Shown here: one piece after another, positions 54,211-64,000 of the stretch | Numbering within the stretch: position 1 is the stretch's first letter | Layout: each line of letters begins with the position of its first letter | Assembly (NCBI RefSeq): GCF_006345805.1 | Contig: NC_043004.1 | Coordinates: 25,048,001-25,112,000, forward strand | Length of the DNA: 64,000 bases | Origin: Octopus sinensis | Taxonomy: Eukaryota | Direction: 5' to 3' | Translations under genes and position numbers: made by a program | Notes under the pieces: generated by a model | What the model was told of the DNA's origin: nothing | Databases searched by the model: none | The model's input: only the letters and a program-made list of their open reading frames with translations

Positions 54211-55046
54211 TATATGTATACACATTATATATATATATTTATACACACACACATATATAAATTAACACAATATATCTGATTAATAATATCTGTTATGATT
54301 GTGTGGTGGTGGTCGATAATAATTCACCGTTCTAAAAGATCTGTGGCGGGAATATTTAAACTTTTGCGGCTGTCAACGCTTTCTCTCTATAGATACAGAC
54401 AGACGTACAGTGAGAGAGGTGGTCGAAGAAAGAGTGACAGAGAGACGGCGAAGGCGGAGAGGGAATGAGAGTGGAAGGTGTCAGACATCGTTATAGAGAG
54501 ATTGTGGAGAGAAAGAAGGAAAGAGAGAGATCGGGGAAGACAGGGTGATATCCGAAAGAGAGAAACGACCAACATTTGTCAAAGTTTGGGTTTTGTTGCT
54601 CTAGTAACCACAGCTTTTGAGATAGGGTTTCTAACCAAATCCAGTCGCTTCCTCGCCTCTTTTTACATGTCCCTGTAAATTTTGGCGCCAATCCGACCCC
54701 TTAAACCGTTCCCATCCCAAAATGAGACAAACAACTTTTTCGCATTTCAGCTTTATAGTGGATATCCGTCATTCAACGATTAAGATTCTGTTGTTCAATC
54801 AGCTTAATTTTCTGCTTCTGAATCAACGTATAGGTCAGTGAGCATTTCACAGACACAGTTACTATTCTAACGCAGAATCAGCGCGACACAGTGTATAACA
54901 AGACTTTATCTACAATATACTCATCGAGTTTCTATCAAATTCCCATCGGCTCAGTATCACTCACAAGGCATGGGTCGATCAGAGGCTATAGATAATGAAA
55001 CTTGCCCAAGATATTAAGCAGTGGGATCGAATTCGGGACCACGCCG

Positions 55047-55064
55047 TTGCAAAGCGAACCTATT

Positions 55065-55140
<76 letters not shown>

Positions 55141-55148
55141 TATTATTG
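55047..55148. repeat. (ATT)n microsatellite between SINE family 1 head fragments (54955-55045 and 55620-55697, minus strand)
   Basis: Seen directly. Confidence 0.8.
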
Positions 55149-56872
55149 TAACGAAGTCCCAAACAAGGCGACAGGCCACTTCATGTAAGGGACTATGAAG
55201 AAGGAGAAATTAAGACGAAAGGAATTAATTTACTTTAGACTTGAAAAAATTCCGGTCATAAGAAGGGAACAGCAATGAAATGAAAGAGAGTTACAAAGTC
55301 TGGCAGTTCGAGGAAAAAAACAGTTACGACCATAGAAAGACTTCCTTATTCGTGGGAACACAACAATGTTTGGACAAAGACACCACTGTGAGTTTAGAAT
55401 CAGGCGGGATGGTACGGAAGGGATTTGGAACTATGAGAAAAAGTTCATCAGAGCACTTCTTTGTGGTAGTAAAGATAGAAATGACTAAGACTGGCGACGT
55501 CGCGTCGATATGACTAGTGTTGAGAGTTGAAGCAAAGGATGGACCAATCAAATTAAGAGATGTGCCTCTGAACCCGGTCCGAGTGACAAGATAGTGCAAC
55601 TGCCCAAATATGGCAATACACACACTTGCCCAAGGTGCCACGCAGCGTGACTGAACCCGGACTCATGTAGTTAGGAAGAAAGCTTTTTACCACACAATCG
55701 TATAAAAGCATTTAAATGTTGTCGATTGATTTTAAGATAGAATATAATTTATAACACGGCATTTTCACTCCCAAGCGTAAAATTGTGAATGAAATTTGTA
55801 GACAGAAGCTGTGTGAAGCTCATCAGAAGGATCGTTCCTGTTTGAGATAGTGGACTCAATTCAACGTTTGTTTAAACATTGCTAATCAAGATTTTGAGTT
55901 GTGTGCATTGTGTTGTAAGCTGATAGATCTGGCTTCTGTCCCAGAGACCCTGTAGTGGGTCATAAATGACTCCTTTCCTTTTTTAAGCCATAAAATAAAC
56001 AACAATAACACCAACTATCAAAGACCAAAAGTACAGTACATTTCCAAACCCAATTTTATTAAACGCTTGTGTCATTGCTGAAATCAAAGAGATATTAGAA
56101 AAATAAATTTAGTTATTATAGCATAATTGTATTGTGTTGTTAGATTCATTATACTGATATATATGATTCCCTCGTTGCATGTACTTAATTCTAGATTTTT
56201 TACTTTTCATTTACCTTCGAAGATCTCTACAAAAATGTGAAAAAAACTTTAAAAAGGGACTGACTTATTTAGAAGAAATAAGGCGTCTCCATTCAAATTT
56301 AACAACAATAATTTGCAAAACTTTTAAAATGTCTCGGCATTCCGAATTAAAAATGCAACCAACAAATACAGAACAACTTGCTGACGAATATGTACATCTG
56401 ATATGGTTTTTGGAATACAGGAAATGATAATTAGAATTAGACTATGCATCATAACCATTACAATGTGTGTGTATGGAGGGGATAGCAAAAATTAGATATG
56501 ACCGCGCATTTTTCATTCAGTTGCTTCCAAGAGGGAGAAAATAACCGGAAGTATGAATATGTACATACATGCATACATACATGCATGCATACATACATAC
56601 ATACACACATACATACATACATACATACATCATACATACATACATACATACATACACACATACATACATATCATATTATATATACACACATACACACACA
56701 CACGCATGCACGCACACACACGCCTGTATGTAAATGTTTGTTTTTATGTTCAGTTATAGTAAAAACAAGTTTACATTAATCTACTTGTAGAGTACAAATT
56801 TTTTATTTTTATGCAAAGAGGTTGCAACGACAGTGACTGCAAATTTTGGCCAGCTAACCCATTATCATATAC

Positions 56873-56975
<103 letters not shown>

Positions 56976-57344
56976 AGCAGGGATCGCCATCACCCTCTGC
57001 CGGAGCCTTGTGGAACTTTAGGTGTTTTTGCTCAATGAACACTCACCACTGGGCCATTGCGTCTCCACACATATATATATATATATATATGTATAAATCC
57101 AAAATTTTATTTTGGTATTTATGGGACCAGCTGTCTTCGAAGGCTCATATTGTCGTTCAGTGCTCGAAATGAGGAGTATATAGACAGTCAACAACTGATG
57201 AAGGGTCGTTCTTTGTGTTACGTGTCCTGTTTTCCATTTTTCTCTCGTTCTTTGCGTAATTAACTCATTAATTTTTGTATTTCCTGTTGTTTACTGTTGG
57301 TGACGTCCTGTACCCATATATGCATTATTCTGAGTTCCGGTGGA

Positions 57345-58753
57345 ACTCAGCCATTGCGGACAATGCCAAATTCAATATTTTGATGGCAGACCTCGTCAGA
57401 ATAATGAGAAATGTGTCACGCATGTGCGAGCCTACAGAGTTAAAGAGACACATACAATATTTCATTCACCGCATGCAGTTCTCAGGTTACAGCCATAAAG
57501 AAAGGATCAGAGTATACAAAGGAGCCATGAAGAAATTTGATAATATATTATGTAATGATAGGAATGGGATTTGCCCACTCTATAGGAACAAGTCATGGAA
57601 CACTATAGAAAGGACAAAAAAGAAAATAGGGAAGGCCAACTCTTGGTATGATAGCCATAAATACCAGTGTCATGTTCGTTGACACCACCCCTGGAGGTGA
57701 ACTGGCGTACCACTTTAGAAGGACCCTAGACAAACTTAAGTTAAGGATTAAGGTTGTTGAAAAGCCAGGCAACCCTATCAAATCTATAATTGGTAGAACC
57801 TATCCTTTTAGTAGAACCCCCTGTACTGATAAGTACTGTACTGTATGTAGATTTAGCCCACAAACAAACTGTAAAGCCAGAAATGTAGTCTATAGCATAA
57901 GATGTATAGAGGGACGATGCAGTAACAAGACAACGACATACATAGGGGAAACGGCAAGAAGCATAGGAGAGCGGGTAAATGAAAATTGGAGACAACTCAA
58001 GGAAGGTAAAAGCTCATCGATTCTGTACCAACACGCCGAATAGGAACACGGGGGATCAATCAACAACATAGAAATTAAAATATTGTCAACACATAGAACA
58101 GATGCAACAATCAGACAAATTACAGAAGCTACGCACATAATAGAAAATAAACCTAGCCTGAATAGAAAACTAGAATGGAACAATAGCACACACCACAACA
58201 TATGAAGGTAGAGGATCCCGAAAACATAATAAATACACAGATAAATAAACAAATAGAAATAAATAACTATATATTTTTTATTTATTTGTTATTATTATTA
58301 CTAGTATTGTTGTCATACATACATACAAGCATATGTAATGATAATAATAAAGGGATGTAAACACATGAACAAAATAAAAATAAGAATAAACAAAAACAAC
58401 AACAAAAACAAATTACATGAACGTATATAAACAGAAGATACAAATATTACAGGCATCCCCCACACACACACTAAATAAACATAGACGCACATAGAGATAT
58501 AAGCATGCGCAAATGAAGACATACAATAGAAATATAAAATGGCTGACGGTTAGTAAGGAGAGACACAAATAAGAAAGAAGAAAACAAAGGACCACTGATG
58601 CGGTCACAGGAGTGTGACGAAAGAACTCTGGCCGAAATAAGATTAAGATTAATGTAAAAAATAAATAACACTGAAGCAAAGTAACACCAAATATATAGTG
58701 CGTGTGTTTTTATTGGCTAAACTGGCAAAATGACCATTCCGAAATATAACAAT
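57345..58753 (+). mobile_element. 5'-truncated Penelope-like element (Neptune-like): RT C-terminus, Cys linker, GIY-YIG pseudogene and 3' pLTR with HHR-like motif
   Basis: SAIADNAKFNILMADLVRIMRN...MQFSGYS...PLYR...FVDTTPGGELA...IKVVEKPG...C..C..C...NCKARNVVYSIRC...YIGETARSIGER...LYQH...RQITEA...LNRKLEW; frameshift near 57650, stop at 58041. Confidence 0.9.
58589..58633 (+). ncRNA. Hammerhead-like motif with A9C and an extra G in the PLE 3' region
   Basis: ggacca-CTGATGC-g-gtcaca ggag tgtgac-GAAA-gaac-TC-tggcc. Confidence 0.6.
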
Positions 58754-59800
58754 CGAGATTAAACAGCCGAAATTACTAAGATGATTCGGTTCCCGACTGA
58801 AGATTAGATTTTTCGAGTGACCCGTCTGTTTTTTTGTGTCGTCTCTTTGTGTGTTTTGCGTTCTTGTCCCACTTTGTAATTTATATTTTATATTTAATTT
58901 ATATATATATATATATATATATATGCATATGTAAATACACACATATATACGTATACACACGTACATATACATATATAAAAAAGAACAGAGAGAAAAAGAA
59001 AAGAACAAACAAATGTGAGGACGAAGCACAAACAATATATTAATAAGACACTCAGAAAAGAAAGAGAGTAGCTGTTTTACGTTTCGAGCGTAGTTTTTCT
59101 TGAGAAACAGGCAAAAACAAGAAAGTCCGAGGGGAAATATATATGTATATAAACATCGAAGATTTCAGTAAAATGTCATGCCTGTTCTTATCAGTAAGAC
59201 ATGGCATGTGGTCACCTATCTAAAATAAGCCGTAATCTATGTGGATAATGCAAATGATGTTAGAGCGGGGGTTCGAAGACTATAAAGTCATTATGGTATT
59301 TATAAATTGTATATTTACTCCAATGACGTTTGAAATTACAGAACACAGCAACACATCGTAAATCCAACCTCACCGCCTAATAGAAAACTCTTCAACTTGA
59401 GAGTATTAACATCTTCGTGGACATCAGATTTAATTCTGTGCACCACAGGAATGGATTTATATTTACTAATAGCTAATAACTTGCATGCAAACCTATTTTG
59501 CAAACACGTGCATACGAGAGAAATGTACATGCAATTAAATGCATGTGTACAAGTGATCAAACTACGTAATCATATACGAATTTGCATGCATACATAATTA
59601 GATAAACTACGCAGTAGTTATATACATACATACATACATACACACACACAGACACACACACACACACACATATATATATGTATATATATATATTTATATA
59701 TATACATATATATATATATGTATATATATATATGTATAAGGGTGAAAAGGAACACACGAGTTGATATATATGAAAAAACAAGTCAAAATAGAAAATGCTA

Positions 59801-59844
59801 TTTCAGTACCGGTTTCGGTCATTTTGAGACCTTTTCAACTGTAA
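59801..59844 (-). ncRNA. Minimal type-I hammerhead with U3-A8 core (second, unrelated family)
   Basis: ttacag-TTGAAAA-ggtc tcaaaat gacc-GAAA-ccgg-TA-ctgaaa. Confidence 0.78.
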
Positions 59845-59925
59845 CATTTATATAATTAAATTTAGAAAAATTGAAAGAAAAGTTTTTTTAAAGGAATATT
59901 TGTATAGTGTTCAAATATAGGTGGC

Positions 59926-59971
<46 letters not shown>

Positions 59972-60728
59972 ATATATATACACGCACACACACGCACATA
60001 TATATATGCATACATACATGCATAATACATACATAAATATGTGTGCATGTGTGTGTGTATGTGTGTGTATGTGTGTGTGTGATGTATTTATGTAGGAATA
60101 TATGCATTTGAAAAACCATAAATGGAAAAAGAAAACACTCACGTGCACGTATACTTGAATATGTGCATCAATATCATGCGAAAAGCACATCTATATGTAC
60201 GCGTCCATGTGCACCCACACACTCGCGCGGCGTGCACCACACGTGTGTGTATTCATATATGTATATATGGGCTTTTCATTGACATGAGTGAATCTAAGAC
60301 ATTAATCTTCAGTTTTTAATCTAGAATAGTGGTGTAATGATGTTAGAGGATTGGAGTAAACTTGCAGAGTAATGCGTTATACCAAAACAATTATGATGAA
60401 AGTGACAGCATCAGCATCAACAACATCAACATCAATAACATCAATACCAGTAATATTACTAAATTCACAATAAGATAATCTTCCAAAATACTAACAGAAA
60501 TAACATTACCAATAACCATGGGGTAATAGTAAAACAACGATAAGGGAGTAATAGTCCCAATACTGGTTGAAAGTAGAAAATTCGAGTTAAAATACAATGT
60601 TAAAATCTCAAAGGAATAAAATAGGACAAATAAAATAAAATAAAATTTTTAAAAACTTTTAAAAATTATTAAAAAAGTAGCAAACATCTTAAACCCATGG
60701 AAGTATATATATATATATATTATATATA

Positions 60729-60767
<39 letters not shown>

Positions 60768-60879
60768 GTGTGTGTGTGTGTGTTGTGTGTGTGTGTGTGT
60801 GGTGTGTGTGTATGTATATATATATATATATATATGTATACATACATATATGTGTATGTATGTGTATACATATATATAT

Positions 60880-60911
<32 letters not shown>

Positions 60912-61412
60912 ATATACATACATATTCATCTATACACAGAGAGCTTATCTTCTTTCCCGCACATAAACAAAAGTAAAGTTAGCCACGTATGGAGCTTGAA
61001 GAACAACTCCACACCACAAGTGGGAACATGTAGAAAAATCCATGCCATATGTTAATGGATCTAAAAAAAATGCAAATTATGCTTAGCTGAAAGATTTCAT
61101 GTCCTTTTAAAATCTAAGAATTTCACCGCACTGCTGAATTCCAGATCAGAAATATTCAGGAAATGCAAACTTATGGATAAGTTACTTTATTGCTTGTAAC
61201 TTGTGTAGGCCATGTGGTCAGAGTTTGAAAAGATTACTTCGAAACACTAAGTGCGTTATTAAGACCTCCCTAGAAAATATCTCAAACGTATCAAACTTCT
61301 TAGTAGCTCATAACTATATATGTATACATTTATTCATTTAGAGATAGTGGGCCCCTTCATCTCACCATATAAAAAATATTTTTTATTTTGAATACCTACT
61401 ATTTTATAACTT

Positions 61413-61507
61413 GGCTACACGTGTTTCATGAGGTACATTTCCTCGTTCCTAAACCACTCCGTGTTTTTCTGGAACCCTTCTTAAAATGTAACCCCAATCA
61501 TCAGGCC
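61413..61507 (-). ncRNA. Type-I hammerhead with canonical core and an extended stem II
   Basis: ggc-CTGATGA-t-tggggttacattt...aaatgtacctca-t-GAAA-cacgtg-TA-gcc. Confidence 0.75.
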
Positions 61508-62264
61508 CTTATATCACTTTATCATCGTTCAATACTATAAACTATATTTTAAGTTTTAAAAACCCATAACTATGTGTAGAATAGGTATGTGTAAATTACG
61601 TTCGCTGGACCCTACAGTACAAGCAATAATTCAGATAAAAATTCAAATAAAAATTACAAAAATATAAATTACAAAAATAAAATAAGAAATAAAAATAAAA
61701 AAATTAAAAAATAAAAATGCGAATAAAATACGAAAAATTTACAAAATCTATATAGAGTTAAAAATAAAAATAAAATATATACTTGTGATAATATAAAATG
61801 ATATAAAATGAAAAGAATGGCCAAAAAGTATATATACGAATAAAAATAAAAGGAATTGCAAGAAAAATATATACGAATAAAAATAAAAGGGATAGCAAGA
61901 GAAATATATCCGAATAAAAATAAATGCTACCAAACATGGAGGCAATGACGAATAAAGATTTCCGACCAAAAGCTATAGTACTAATTACGAACTGCAAAAT
62001 TTACAAGTGATACGAATGATAACTTTTAAAAATTTACAAAATAAAATAAAATATAAATAACTTGATGGTAACATAAAGGAAAATATACAATTCACCGATG
62101 GCTCCATTATCCTACAACGTCTTAATTATGGCTTGACATTGCAAAGTCCAGCGAAGATGAAGGGACCCACTATCACTAAATGAAATTATATATTTCTTCA
62201 TTGAGAATAATTTGAACCCCTATTATGCCGAATTTTTTATTCCCTAACAAATAAAATCAAATAT

Positions 62265-62317
<53 letters not shown>

Positions 62318-62996
62318 CATATACACGAGGGCGTTTATACATCCATATCTGTTAACAGCTATTTTAAATACTTTTCTCGCTTAGTGCATGTTCATTTCCT
62401 TTTTGGGTTCTGTGATTTTATTGTTGGACTATATAAATGAAGATATTTCCTTCGTGTTGCTGCTTTTCTTTCTACAAAATGAGAAGATACATTGCGGAAG
62501 TGTTATTTTAACGAGTTGTATTTATTTATCACCCGATGAAACACATCTGCACCACCAGATGCCCCTGAAACAGTTGTTATGTGTCCCACTCGTGAGGATC
62601 AATGCTAGATATGTCGAAACAATCTATCTATTTATCTATCTATCTATCTATTTACATACACATATATCTATATTGTTTAATATATATATATTCTTTATTC
62701 TTTTATTTTTTTTAAGTCATTCCTCTTGATGCACATCTGCTTATTCCATTATTACAATCCAGAATGTAGCCTTAGTTGTCACATACTGAATTACACGTGT
62801 TTCATTTGCTAATAGGAGTTACAAAGCTTTACATGTTAAGAATTTCCTATTAGAAATTCTTCAGAAAGAGAAATTAAATAATAATGTATTATCATTTTAT
62901 TATACATACATGCATACATGCAGACATACACACACACGTGCAAACATACACACACACAAACACATACACACAAGCACACACACACACATACACACG

Positions 62997-63047
<51 letters not shown>

Positions 63048-63271
63048 ACATAAACATACATATCAGCCAACATATAAATATCTATTTATGTGACTAAATG
63101 TATTTGTTGGCCTATCCATCTGTGCATCTATCATTTTATCTCTTGTCTAAACATTCACACAAATATGCACATTCACATATATACACTTGCACAAACACGC
63201 AAACACAAAGATATACTCCCATACATATAATAACAAATATAATGAAGAAAGTAAAATATAAATCAATAATA

Positions 63272-63691
63272 TTTATTTCTTTATTGCCCACAGGGGGCTA
63301 AGCATAGAGAGGACAAACAAGGACAAACAAAGGGCTTAAATCGATTACATCGACCCCAGTGCGTAACTGGTACTTATTTAATCGACCCCCGAGAGGATGA
63401 AAGGCAAAGTCAACCTCGGCGGAATTTGAACTCAGAACATAACGGCATGCGAAATACCTATTTCTTTACTACCCACAAGGGACTAAACACAGAAGTAACA
63501 AACAAGGACAGACAAACGGATTAAGTCGATTATATCGACCCCAGTGCGTAACTGGTACTTGATTTATCGACCGCGAAAGGATGAAAGGCAAAGTCGACCT
63601 CGCCGGAATTTGAACTGAGAACGTAACGACAGACGAAATACGGTTACGCATTTCGCCCGGCGTGCTAACGTTTCTGCCAGCTCGCCGTCTT
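63272..63691 (-). mobile_element. Dimeric SINE family 2
   Basis: Same two-monomer structure as 46632-47052. Confidence 0.9.
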
Positions 63692-64000
63692 ACGTTGAGC
63701 TAAAATATCAATACTGAGTGATAAGTAAACTATTTCGACAGAAATGCAGGTTACTTTCTATTGAGGTTAATTTTTTTACATTGCTAGACAAAAGCATGAA
63801 ACAAATCGCAGAATGAAAGTTTCAAATGTTACTCATTTCTATTGACTTCAAAATTACTAGCAAGTGCAATTTTAATATTCTTGTCGTTGGCCTCAACGTT
63901 TGTTAATGATAACCGATCATTGACCACGGCATGCAATCTTCTGATTTACTGCAAGTCAGAGTGCTGAACGAACTTTGCCAGCCTCGAGTACAGAAGCCTT

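Noticed and set aside
55150-55620. GC-richer insert with short ORFs, possibly a LINE ORF1 relic
   Set aside because: No diagnostic motif; left unassigned

Overview
AT-rich, repeat-saturated eukaryotic DNA that is intronic or intergenic. It is most likely from an octopus, judged from recalled SINE families and the microsatellite load. I see no intact host gene, and nearly all supplied ORFs are microsatellite read-throughs. The window holds decayed LINEs (CR1/L2-like, RTE, R4/Dong-type RLE, Tx1/L1-like), two Penelope-like elements (PLEs) with RT C-terminus plus GIY-YIG, Tc1 and mariner relics, hAT and other MITEs, Helitron/Helentron-like elements, three tRNA-derived SINE families and a 100-N gap. 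The main hidden signal is about 20 minimal type-I hammerhead ribozyme (HHR) motifs from more than 10 apparently unrelated PLE/retrozyme-like families, mostly sitting in (TA)n tracts. Their catalytic cores covary at the 3-8 pair (C-G, U-A, G-C) and show a recurrent U4C variant. One sits in a ~360-bp tandem/inverted array predicted to yield circular RNA. Two SINE-LINE 3'-tail partnerships can also be read directly from the window. All folds and alignments were done by eye; none was computed.
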